A stretch of 64,000 bases of DNA from Eledone cirrhosa. Its lineage: Eukaryota. The translations under genes were made by a program, and so were the position numbers. Below are positions 37,701 to 50,548 of this stretch, piece by piece (position 1 is the first letter of the stretch; each line of letters starts with the position of its first letter). The notes below the pieces were generated by a model that worked only from the letters and a program-made list of their open reading frames with translations, had not been told where the DNA came from and searched no databases. Where the stretch lies: contig OZ024740.1 of NCBI GenBank assembly GCA_964016885.1, positions 16,678,001 to 16,742,000 of the forward strand, given 5' to 3'.

Positions 37701-40700
37701 GGAAACATCAGTGTAAATATGGGGGCTTCTAGACAGAGCTTTACAGGGAGATATCAGAGTAAATATGGTGGCTTCTGGACAGACCTTTACAGGGAGACAT
37801 CAGTGTAAATATGGTGGCTTCTAGACTGAGGTTTACAGGGAGACATCAGTGTAAATATGGTGGCTTCTGGATAGAGGTTTACAGGGAGACATTAGTGTAA
37901 ATATGGTGGCTTCTAGACAGAGGTTTACAGGGAGATATCAGAGTAAATATGGTGGCTTCTGGACAGAGCTTTACAGGGAGACATCAGTGTAAATATGGTT
38001 GCTTATAGACAGAGGTTTACAGGGAGACATCAGTGTAAATATGGTGGCTTCTGGACAGAGGTTTACAGGGAGACATCAGTGTAAAAATGGTTGCTTCTAG
38101 AGAGAGGTTTACAGGGAGACATCAGTGTAAATATGGTGGCTTCTGGGCAGAGGTTTACAGGCAGACATCACTGTTAAAATGGTGGCTTCTAGACAGAGCT
38201 TTACAGGGAGACATCAGTGTAAATATGGTGGCTTCTAGACAGAGCTTTACAGGGAGACATCAGTGTAAATATGGTGGATTCTGGACAGATGTTTACAGGG
38301 AGACATCAGTGTAAGTATGGTGGCTTCTGGACGGAGGTTTACAGGGAGACATCAGTGTAAATATGTTGGCTTCTAGACAGAGGTTTACAGGGAGACATCA
38401 GTGTAAATATGGTGGCTTCTGGATAGAGTTTTACAGGGAGACATCAGTGTAAATATGGTGGCTTCTGGACAGAGGTTTACAGGGAGACATCAGTGTAAAT
38501 ATGGTGGCTTCTGGACAGAGGTTTACAGGGAGACATCAGAGTAAATATGGTGGCTTCTAGACAGAGCTTTACAGGGAGATATCAGAGTAAATATGGTGGC
38601 TTCTAGACAAAGCTTTACAGGGAGACATCAGTGTAAATATGCTGGCTTCTAGACAGAGCTTTACAGGGAGACATCTGTGTAAATATGGTGGCTTCTAGAC
38701 AAAGCTTTACAGGGAGACATCAGTGTAAATATGGTGGCTTCTAGACAAAGCTTTACAGGGAGACATCAGTGTAAATATGGAGGCTTCTTGACAGAGCTTT
38801 ACAGGGAAACATCAGTGTAAATATGGTGGCTTCTGGACAGGTTTACAGGGAGATATCAGTGTAAATATGGTGGCTTCTAGACAGAGCTTTGCAGGGAGAC
38901 ATCAGTGTAAATATGGTGGCTTCTGGACAGAGGTTTACAGGGAGATATCAGAGTAAATATGGTGGCTTCTAGACAGAGGTTTACAGGGATAATTTAGTGT
39001 AAATATGGTGGCATCTGGACAGAGGTTTACAGGGAGACATCAGTGTAAATATGGTGGCTTCTGGACAGAGCTTTACAGAGAGACATTAGTGTAAATATGG
39101 TGGCTTCTAGACAGAGCTTTACAGGGAGTTATCAGAGTAAATATAGTGGCTTCGGGACAGAGGTTTACAGGGAGACATCAGTGTAAATATGGTGGCTTCT
39201 AGACAGAGCTTTACAGGGAGACATCAGTGTAAATATGGTGGCTTCTGGACAGAGGTTTACAGGGAGACATCAGTGTAAATATGTTGGCTTCTAGACAGAG
39301 GTTTACAGGGAAACATCAGTGTAAATATTGTGGCTTCTGGATAGAGTTTTACAGGAAGACATCAGTGTAAATATGGTGGCTTCTGGATAGAGGTTTACAG
39401 GGAGACATAAGTGTAAATATGGTGGCTTCTGGACAGAGGTTTACAGGGAGATATCAGTGTAAATATGGTGGCTTCTGGACAGAGGTTTACAGGGAGACAT
39501 CAGTGTAAATATGGTGGCTTCTAGACAGAGCTTTACAGGGAGATATCAGAGTAAATATGGTGGCTTCTAGACAAAGCTTTACAGGGAGACATCAGTGTAA
39601 ATATGGTGGCTTCTAGACAGGTTTACTGGGAGACATCAGTGTAAATATCGTGGCTTCTAGACAAAGCTTTACAGGGAGACATCAGTGTATATATGGTGGC
39701 TTCTAGACAGAGCTTTACAGGGAGACATCAGTGTAAATATGGTGGCTCCTAGACAGAGCTTTACAGGGAGACATCAGTGTAAATATGGTGGCTTCTGGAC
39801 AGGGGTTTACAGGGAGATATCAGTGTAAATATGGTGGCTTCTAGACAGAGCTTTGCAGGGAGACATCAGTGTAAATATGGTGGCATCTGGACAGATGTTT
39901 ACAGGGAGACATCAGTGTAAATATGGTGGCTTCTAGACAGAGATTTGCAGGGAGACATCAGTGTAAATATGGTGGCTTCTAGACAGAGGTTTACAGGAAG
40001 ACATCAGTGTAAATATGGTGGCATCTGGACAGAGGTTTACAGGGAGACATCAGTGTAAATATGGTGGCTTCTGGATAGAGCTTTACAGAGAGACATTAGT
40101 GTAAATATGGTGACTTCTAGACAGAGTTTTACAGGGAGATATCAGAGTAAATATAGTGTCTTCTGGACAGAGGTTTACAGGGAGATATCAGTGTAAATAT
40201 GGTGGCTTCTAGACAGAGCTTTACAGGGAGTTATCAGAGTAAATATAGTGGCTTCGGGACAGAGGTTTACAGGGAGACATCAGTGTAAATATGGTGGCTT
40301 CTAGACAGAGCTTTACAGGGAGATGTCAGTGTAAATATGGTGGCTTCTGGACAGAGGTTTACAAGGAGACATCAGTGTAAATATGGTGGCTTTTGGACAG
40401 AGCTTTACAGGGAGACATTAGTGTAAATATGGTGGCTTCTAGACAGTGCTTTACAGGGAGATATCAGAGGAAATATAGTGGCTTCTGGACAGAGGTTTAC
40501 AGGGAGATATCAGTGTAAATATGGTGGCATCTGGACAAAGGTTTACAGGGAAACATCAGTGTAAATATGGGGGCTTCTAGACAGAGCTTTACAGGGAGAT
40601 ATCATATTAAATATGGTGGCTTCTGGACAGAGGTTTACAGGGAGACATCAGTGTAAATATGGTGGCTTCTAGACTGAGGTTTACAGGGAGACATCAGTGT

Positions 40701-40900
40701 AAATATGGTGGCTTCTGGATAGAGGTTTACAGGTAGACATCAGTGTAAATATGGTGGCTTCTGGACAGAGGTTTACAGGGAGACATTAGTGTAAATATGG
40801 TGGCTTCTAGACAGAGGTTTACAGGGAGATATCAGAGTAAATATGGTGGCTTCTGGACAGAGCTTTACAGGGAGACATCAGTGTAAATATGGTGGCTTCT
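34770..40900 (+). repeat. Tandem duplication of a ~3-kb block (offset 3214, shrinking to 2848)
   Basis: Offset 3214: GGGCAGAGG 34931/38145 and GGGATAATTT 35772/38986. Offset 2848: AGATGTCAG 37473/40321. Confidence 0.85.
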
Positions 40901-43900
40901 GGACAGAGGTTTACAGGGAGACATCAGTGTAAAAATGGTGGCCTCTGGACAGAGGTTTACAGGGAGACATCAGTGTAAATATGGTGGCTTCTGGACAGAG
41001 GTTTACAGGGAGACATCAGTGTAAATATGTTGGCTTCTAGACAGAGGTTTACAGGGAGACATCAGTGTAAATATTGTGGCTTCTGGATAGAGGTTTACAG
41101 GAAGAGATCAGTGTAAATATGGTGGCTTCTGGATAGAGGTTTACAGGGAGACATAAGTGTAAATATGGTGGCTTCTAGACAGAGCTTTGCAGGGAGACAT
41201 CAGTGTAAATATGGTGGCTTCTAGACAGGTTTACTGGAAGACATCAGTGTAAATATCGTGGCTTCTAAACAAAGCTTTACAGGGAGACATCAGTGTAAAT
41301 ATGGTGGCTTCTAGACAGAGCTTTACAGGGAGACATCAGTGTAAATATGGTGGCTCCTAGACAGAGCTTTACCGGGAGACATCAGTGTAAATATGGTGGC
41401 TTCTGGACAGAGGTTTAAAGGGAGATATCAGTGTAAATATGGTGGCTTCTAGACAGAGCTTTGCAGGGAGACATCAGTGTAAATATGGTGGCTTCTGGAC
41501 AGAGGTTTACAGGGAGACATCAGAGTAAATATGGTGGCTTCTAGACAGAGGTTTACAGGGAGACATCAGTGTAAATATGGTGGCTTCTGGAGAGAGGTTT
41601 ACAGGGAGACATCAGTGTAAATATGGTGGCTTCTAGACAGGTTTACTGGGAGACATCAGTGTAAATATCGTGGCTTCTAGACAAAGCTTTACAGGGAGAC
41701 ATCAGTGTAAATATGGTGGCTTCTAGACAGAGCTTTACAGGGAGACATCAGTGTAAATATGGTGGCTCCTAGACAGAGCTTTACAGGGAGACATCAGAGT
41801 AAATATGGTGGCTTCTAGACAGAGGTTTACAGGAAGACATCAGTGTAAATATGGTGGCATCTGGACAGAGGTTTACAGGGAGACATCAGTGTAAATATGG
41901 TGGCTTCTGGATAGAGCTTTACAGAGAGACATTAGTGTAAATATGGTGACTTCTAGACAGAGCTTTACAGGGAGTTATCAGAGTAAATATAGTGGCTTCG
42001 GGACAGAGGTTTACAGGGAGACATCAGTGTAAATATGGTGGCTTCTAGACAGAGCTTTACAGGGAGATATCAGTGTAAATATGGTGGCTTCTGGACAGAG
42101 GTTTACAAGGAGACATCAGTGTAAATATGGTGGCTTTTGGACAGAGCTTTACAGGGAGACATTAGTGTAAATATGGTGGCTTCTAGACAGTGCTTTACAG
42201 GGAGATATCAGAGGAAATATAGTGGCTTCTGGACAGAGGTTTACAGGGAGATATCAGTGTAAATATGGTGGCATCTGGACAAAGGTTTACAGGGACACAT
42301 CAGTGTAAATATGGTGGCTTCTAGACAGAGCTTTACAGGGAGATATCAGATTAAATATGGTGGCTTCTGGACAGAGGTTTACAGGGAGACATCAATGTAA
42401 ATATGGTGGCTTCTAGACTGAGCTTTACAGGGAGACATCAGTGTAAATATGGTGGCTTCTGGATAGAGGTTTACAGGTAGACATCAGTGTAAATATGGTG
42501 GCTTCTGGACAGAGGTTTACAGGGAGACATCAGTGTAAATATGGTGGCTTCTGGACAGAGGTTTACAGGGAGACATCAGTGTAAATATGTTGGCTTCTAG
42601 ACAAAGGTTTACAGGGAGACATCAGTGTAAATATTGTGGCTTCTGGATAGAGGTTTACAGGAAGACATCAGTGTAAATATGGTGGCTTCTGGATAGAGGT
42701 TTACAGGGAGACATAAGTGTAAATATGGTGGCTTCTGGACAGAGGTTTACAGGGAGATATCAGTGTAAATATGGTGGCTTCTGGACAGAGGTTTACAGGG
42801 AGACATCAGTGTAAATATGGTGGCTTCTAGACAGAGGTTTACAGGGAGTCATCAGTGTAAATATGGTGGCTTCTAGACAGAGCTTTACAGGGAGATATCA
42901 GAGTAAATATGGTGGCTTCTAGACAAAGCTTTACAGGGAGACATCAGTGTAAATATGGTGGCTTCTAGACAGGTTTACTGGGAGACATCAGTGTAAATAT
43001 CGTGGCTTCTAGACAAAGCTTTACAGGGAGACATCAGTGTAAATATGCTGGCTTCTAGACAGAGCTTTACAGGGAGACATCAGTGTAAATATGGTGGCTC
43101 CTAGACAGAGCTTTACAGGGCGACATCAGTGTAAATATGGTGGCTTCTGGACAGAGGTTTACAGGGAAATATCAGTGTAAATATGGTGGCTTCTAGACAG
43201 AGCTTTGCAGGGAGACATCAGTGTAAATATGGTGGCTTCTGGACAGAGGTTTACAAGGAGACATCAGAGTAAATATGGTGGCTTCTAGACAGAGGTTTAC
43301 AGGGAGATATCAGTGTAAATATGGTTGCTTCTGGAGAGAGGTTTACAGGGAGACATCAGTGTAAATATGGTGGCTTCTAGACAGGTTTACTGGGAGACAT
43401 CAGTGTAAATATCGTGGCTTCTAGACAAAGCTTTACAGGGAGACATCAGTGTAAATATGGTGGCTTCTAGACAGAGCTTTACAGGGAGACATCAGTGTAA
43501 ATATGGTGGCTCCTAGACAGAGCTTTACAGGGAGACATCAGTGTAAATATGGTGGCTTCTGGACAGAGGTTTACAGGGAGATATCAGTGTAAATATGGTG
43601 GCTTCTAGACAGAGCTTTGCAGGGAGACATCAGTGTAAATATGGTGGCATCTGGACAGATGTTTACAGGGAGACATCAGTGTAAATATGGTGGCTTCTAG
43701 ACAGAGGTTTCCAGGAAGACATCAGTGTAAATATGGTGGCATCTGGACAGAGGTTTACAGGGAGACATCAGTGTAAATATGGTGGCCTCTGGATAGAGCT
43801 TTACAGAGAGACATTAGTGTAAATATGGTGACTTCTAGACAGAGCTTTACAGGGAGATATCAGAGTAAATATAGTGTCTTCTGGACAGAGGTTTACAGGG

Positions 43901-46900
43901 AGACATCAGTGTAAATATGGTGGCTTCTAGACAGAGCTTTACAGGGAGATATCAGTGTAAATATGGTGGCTTCTAGACAGAGCTTTACAGGGAGACATTA
44001 GTGTATATATATTGGCTTCTAGACAGTGCTTTACAGGGAGATATCAGTGTAAATATGGTGGCTTCTAGACAGAGCTTTACAGGGAGATATCAGAGTAAAT
44101 ATGGTGCCTTCTGGACAGAGGTTTACAGGGAGACATCAGTGTAAATATGGTGGCTTCTGGATAGAGGTTTACAGGGAGACATCAGTGTAAATATGGTGGC
44201 TTCTGGATAGAGCTTTACAGAGAGACATTAGTGTAAATATGGTGACTTCTAGACAGAGTTTTACAGGGAGATATCAGAGTAAATATAGTGTCTTCTGGAC
44301 AGAGTTTTACAGGGAGATATCAGTGTAAATATGGTGGCTTCTAGACAGAGCTTTACAGGGAGTTATCAGAGTAAATATAGTGGCTTCGGGACAGAGGTTT
44401 ACAGGGAGACATCAGTGTAAATATGGTGGCTTCTAGACAGAGCTTTACAGGGAGATGTCAGTGTAAATATGGTGGCTTCTGGACAGAGGTTTACAAGGAG
44501 ACATCAGTGTAAATATGGTGGCTTTTGGACAGAGCTTTACAGGGAGACATTAGTGTAAATATGGTGGCTTCTAGACAGTGCTTTACAGGGAGATATCAGA
44601 GGAAATATAGTGGCTTCTGGACAGAGGTTTACAGGGAGATATCAGTGTAAATATGGTGGCATCTGGACAAAGGTTTACAGGGACACATCAGTGTAAATAT
44701 GGGGGCTTCTAGACAGAGCTTTACAGGGAGACATCAGTGTAAATATGGTGGCTTCTGGACAGAGGTTTACAGGGAGACATCAGTGTAAATATGGTGGCTT
44801 CTGGATAGAGGTTTACAGGTAGACATCAGTGTAAATATGGTGGCTTCTGGACAGAGGTTTACAGGGAGACATTAGTGTAAATATGGTGGCTTCTAGACAG
44901 AGGTTTACAGGGAGATATCAGAGTAAATATGGTGGCTTCTGGACAGAGCTTTACAGGGAGACATCAGTGTAAATATGGTGGCTTCTGGACAGAGGTTTAC
45001 AGGGAGACATCAGTGTAAAAATGGTGGCTTCTGGACAGAGGTTTACAGGGAGACATCAGTGTAAATATGGTGGCTTCTGGACAGAGGTTTACAGGGAGAC
45101 ATCAGTGTAAATATGTTGGCTTCTAGACAGAGGTTTACAGGGAGACATCAGTGTAAATATTGTGGCTTCTGGATAGAGGTTTACAGGAAGAGATCAGTGT
45201 AAATATGGTGGCTTCTGGATAGAGGTTTACAGGAAGACATAAGTGTAAATATGGTGGCTTCTAGACAGAGCTTTGCAGGGAGACATCAGTGTAAATATGG
45301 TGGCTTCTAGACAGGTTTACTCGAAGACATCAGTGTAAATATCGTGGCTTCTAAACAAAGCTTTACAGGGAGACATCAGTGTAAATATGGTGGCTTCTAG
45401 ACAGAGCTTTACAGGGAGACATCAGTGTAAATATGGTGGCTCCTAGACAGAGCTTTACCGGGAGACATCAGTGTAAATATGGTGGCTTCTGGACAGAGGT
45501 TTACAGGGAGATATCAGTGTAAATATGGTGGCTTCTAGACAGAGCTTTGCAGGGAGACATCAGTGTAAATATGGTGGCTTCTGGACAGAGGTTTACAGGG
45601 AGACATCAAAGTAAATATGGTTGCTTCTAGACAGAGGTTTACAGGGAGACATCAGTGTAAATATGGTGGCTTCTGGAGAGAAGTTTACAGGGAGACATCA
45701 GTGTAAATATGGTGGCTTCTAGACAGGTTTACTGGGAGACATCAGTGTAAATATCGTGGCTTCTAGACAAAGCTTTACAGGGAGACATCAGTGTAAATAT
45801 GGTGGCTTCTAGACAGAGCTTTACAGGGAGACATCAGTGTAAATATGGTGGCTCCTAGACAGAGCTTTACAGGGAGACATCAGAGTAAATATGGTGGCTT
45901 CTAGACAGAGGTTTACAGGAAGACATCAGTGTAAATATGGTGGCATCTGGACAGAGGTTTACAGGGAGACATCAGTGTAAATATGGTGGCTTCTGGATAG
46001 AGCTTTACAGAGAGACATTAGTGTAAATATGGTGACTTCTAGACAGAGCTTTACAGGGAGTTATCAGAGTAAATATAGTGGCTTCGGGACAAAGGTTTAC
46101 AGGGAGACATCAGTGTAAATATGGTGGCTTCTAGACAGAGCTTTACAGGGAGATATCAGTGTAAATATGGTGGCTTCTGGACAGAGGTTTACAAGGAGAC
46201 ATCAGTGTAAATATGGTGGCTTTTGGACAGAGCTTTACAGGGAGACATTAGTGTAAATATGGTGGCTTCTAGACAGTGCTTTACAGGGAGATATCAGAGG
46301 AAATATAGTGGCTTCTGGACAGAGGTTTACAGGGAGATATCAGTGTAAATATGGTGGCATCTGGACAAAGGTTTACAGGGACACATCAGTGTAAATATGG
46401 TGGCTTCTAGACAGAGCTTTACAGGGAGATATCAGATTAAATATGGTGGCTTCTGGACAGAGGTTTACAGGGAGACATCAATGTAATTATGGTGGCTTCT
46501 AGACTGAGGTTTACAGGGAGACATCAGTGTAAATATGGTGGCTTCTGGATAGAGGTTTACAGGTAGACATCAGTGTAAATATGGTGGCTTCTGGACAGAG
46601 ATTTACAGGGAGACATCAGTGTAAATATAGTGGCTTCTGGACAGAGGTTTACAGGGAGACATCAGTGTAAATATGTTGGCTTCTAGACAGAGGTTTACAG
46701 GGAGACATCAGTGTAAATATTGTGGCTTCTGGATAGAGGTTTACAGGAAGACATCAGTATAAATATGGTGGCTTCTGGATAGAGGTTTACAGGGAGACAT
46801 AAGTGTAAATATGGTGGCTTCTGGACAGAGGTTTACAGGGAGATATCAGTGTAAATATGGTGGCTTCTGGACAGAGGTTTACAGGGAGACATCAGTGTAA

Positions 46901-48370
46901 ATATGGTGGCTTCTAGACAGAGGTTTACAGGGAGTCATCAGTGTAAATATGGTGGCTTCTAGACAGAGCTTTACAGGGAGATATCAGAGTAAATATGGTG
47001 GCTTCTAGACAAAGCTTTACAGGGAGACATCAGTGTAAATATGGTGGCTTCTAGACAGGTTTACTGGGAGACATCAGTGTAAATATCGTGGCTTCTAGAC
47101 AAAGCTTTACAGGGAGACATCAGTGTAAATATGGTGGCTTCTAGACAGAGCTTTACAGGGAGACATCAGTGTAAATATGGTGGCTCCTAGACAGAGCTTT
47201 ACAGGGAGACATCAGTGTAAATATGGTGGCTTCTGGACAGAGGTTTACAGGGAAATATCAGTGTAAATATGGTGGCTTCTAGACAGAGCTTTGCAGGGAG
47301 ACATCAGTGTAAATATGGTGGCTTCTGGACAGAGGTTTACAGGGAGACATCAGAGTAAATATGGTGGCTTCTAGACAGAGGTTTACAGGGAGATATCAGT
47401 GTAAATATGGTTGCTTCTGGAGAGAGGTTTACAGGGAGACATCAGTGTAAATATGGTGGCTTCTAGACAGGTTTACTGGGAGACATCAGTGTAAATATCG
47501 TGGCTTCTAGACAAAGATTTACATGGAGACATCAGTGTAAATATGGTGGCTTCTAGACAGAGCTTTACAGGGAGACATCAGTGTAAATATGGTGGCTCCT
47601 AGACAGAGCTTTACAGGGAGACATCAGTGTAAATATGGTGGCTTCTGGACAGAGGTTTACAGGGAGATATCAGTGTAAATATGGTGGCTTCTAGACAGAG
47701 CTTTGCAGGGAGACATCAGTGTAAATATGGTGGCATCTGGACAGATGTTTACAGGGAGACATCAGTGTAAATATGGTGGCTTCTAGACAGAGATTTGCAG
47801 GGAGACATCAGTGTAAATATGGTGGCTTCTGGAGAGAGGTTTAAAGGGAGACATCAGAGTAAATATGGTGGCTTCTAGACAGAGGTTTACAGGAAGACAT
47901 CAGTGTAAATATGGTGGCATCTGGACAGAGGTTTACAGGGAGACATCAGTGTAAATATGGTGGCCTCTGGATAGAGCTTTACAGAGAGACATTAGTGTAA
48001 ATATGGTGACTTCTAGACAGAGCTTTACAGGGAGATATCAGAGTAAATATAGTGTCTTCTGGACAGAGGTTTACAGGGAGACATCAGTGTAAATATGGTG
48101 GCTTCTAGACAGAGCTTTACAGGGAGATATCAGTGTAAATATGGTGGCTTCTAGACAGAGCTTTACAGGGAGACATTAGTGTATATATATTGGCTTCTAG
48201 ACAGTGCTTTACAGGGAGATATCAGTGTAAATATGGTGGCTTCTAGACAGAGCTTTACAGGGAGATATCAGAGTAAATATGGTGCCTTCTGGACAGAGGT
48301 TTACAGGGAGACATCAGTGTAAATATGGTGGCTTCTGGATAGAGGTTTACAGGGAGACATCAGTGTAAAT
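40050..48370 (+). repeat. Tandem duplication of a ~89-monomer block (offset mainly 4086; 4132 and 4178 at the ends)
   Basis: Offset 4086: TTACTSGAAG 41231/45317, ACCGGGAG 41371/45457, ATCAATGT 42391/46477, ACAGGGAGTC 42841/46927. End offsets: AGATGTCAG 40321/44453 and ATGGTGCCTT 44101/48279. Confidence 0.88.
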
Positions 48371-50548
48371 ATGGTGGATTCTGGACAGAGGTTTACAGGG
48401 AGACATTAGTGTAAATATGGTGGCTTCTGGACAGAGATTTATAGGGAGATATCAGTGTTAATATGGTGGCTTCTGGACAGAGGTCTACAGGGAGACATCA
48501 GTGTAAATGTGGTGGCATCTGGACAGAGGTTTACAATGAGACATCAGTGTAAATATGGTGTCTTCTGGACAGAGCTTTACAGGGAGACATTAGTTTAAAT
48601 ATGGTGGCTTCTAGACGGAAGTTTACAGGGAGATATCAGTGTAAATATGGTGTCTTCTGGACAGAGGTTTCCAGGGAGATATCAGTGTAAATATGGTGTC
48701 TTCTGGACAGAGATTTACAGGGAGATATCAGAGTAAATATGGTGGCTTCTGGACAGAGCTTTACAGGGAGACATCAGTGTAAATATGGTGGCTTCTAGAC
48801 AGAGTTTTACAGGGAGATATCAGTGTAAATATGGTGGCTTCTGAACAGATGTTTACAGGGAGACATTAGTGTAAAAATGGTGGCTTCTGGACGGAGGTTT
48901 ACAGGGAGACATCAGTGTAAATATGTTGGCTTCTAGACAGAGGTTAACAGGGAGACATCAGAGTAAATATGGTGGCTTCTAGACAAAGCTTTACAGGGAG
49001 ACATCAGTGTAAATATGGTGGCTTCTAGACAGAGCTTTACAGGGAGTCATCAGTGTAAATATGATGGCTTCTAGACAAAGCTTTACAGGGAGACATCAGT
49101 GTAAATATGGTGGCTTCTTGACAGAGCTTTACAGGGAAACATCAGTGTAAATATGGTGGCTTCTGGACAGGTTTACAGGGAGATATCAGTGTAAATATGG
49201 TGGCTTCTAGACAGAGGTTTACAGGAAGACATCAGTGTAAATATGGTGGCATCTGGACAGAGGTTTACAGGGAGACATCAGTGTAAATATGGTGGCCTCT
49301 GGATAGAGCTTTACAGAGAGACATTAGTGTAAATATGGTGACTTCTAGACAGAGCTTTACAGGGAGATATCAGAGTAAATATAGTGTCTTCTGGACAGAG
49401 GTTTACAGGGAGACATCAGTGTAAATATGGTGGCTTCTAGACAGAGCTTTACAGGGAGATATCAGTGTAAATATGGTGGCTTCTAGACAGAGCTTTACAG
49501 GGAGACATTAGTGTATATATATTGGCTTCTAGACAGTGCTTTACAGGGAGATATCAGTGTAAATATGGTGGCTTCTAGACAGAGCTTTACAGGGAGATAT
49601 CAGAGTAAATATGGTGCCTTCTGGACAGAGGTTTACAGGGAGACATCAGTGTAAATATGGTGGCTTCTGGATAGAGGTTTACAGGGAGACATCAGTGTAA
49701 ATATGGTGGATTCTGGACAGAGGTTTACAGGGAGACATTAGTGTAAATATGGTGGCTTCTGGACAGAGATTTATAGGGAGATATCAGTGTTAATATGGTG
49801 GCTTCTGGACAGAGGTCTACAGGGAGACATCAGTGTAAATGTGGTGGCATCTGGACAGAGGTTTACAATGAGACATCAGTGTAAATATGGTGTCTTCTGG
49901 ACAGAGCTTTACAGGGAGACATTAGTTTAAATATGGTGGCTTCTAGACGGAAGTTTACAGGGAGATATCAGTGTAAATATGGTGTCTTCTGGACAGAGGT
50001 TTCCAGGGAGATATCAGTGTAAATATGGTGTCTTCTGGACAGAGATTTACAGGGAGATATCAGAGTAAATATGGTGGCTTCTGGACAGAGCTTTACAGGG
50101 AGACATCAGTGTAAATATGGTGGCTTCTAGACAGAGTTTTACAGGGAGATATCAGTGTAAATATGGTGGCTTCTGAACAGATGTTTACAGGGAGACATTA
50201 GTGTAAAAATGGTGGCTTCTGGACGGAGGTTTACAGGGAGACATCAGTGTAAATATGTTGGCTTCTAGACAGAGGTTAACAGGGAGACATCAGAGTAAAT
50301 ATGGTGGCTTCTAGACAAAGCTTTACAGGGAGACATCAGTGTAAATATGGTGGCTTCTAGACAGAGCTTTACAGGGAGTCATCAGTGTAAATATGATGGC
50401 TTCTAGACAAAGCTTTACAGGGAGACATCAGTGTAAATATGGTGGCTTCTTGACAGAGCTTTACAGGGAAACATCAGTGTAAATATGGTGGCTTCTGGAC
50501 AGGTTTACAGGGAGATATCAGTGTAAATATGGTGGCTTCTAGACAGAG
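47859..50548 (+). repeat. Apparently perfect tandem duplication of a 29-monomer block (1332 bp)
   Basis: TGGCCTCT 47961/49293, GTATATATATTGG 48181/49513, AGGTCTAC 48481/49813 and TTACAATGAG 48531/49863 all give offset 1332 = 29x46-2. I noticed no difference between the copies by eye. Confidence 0.92.
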
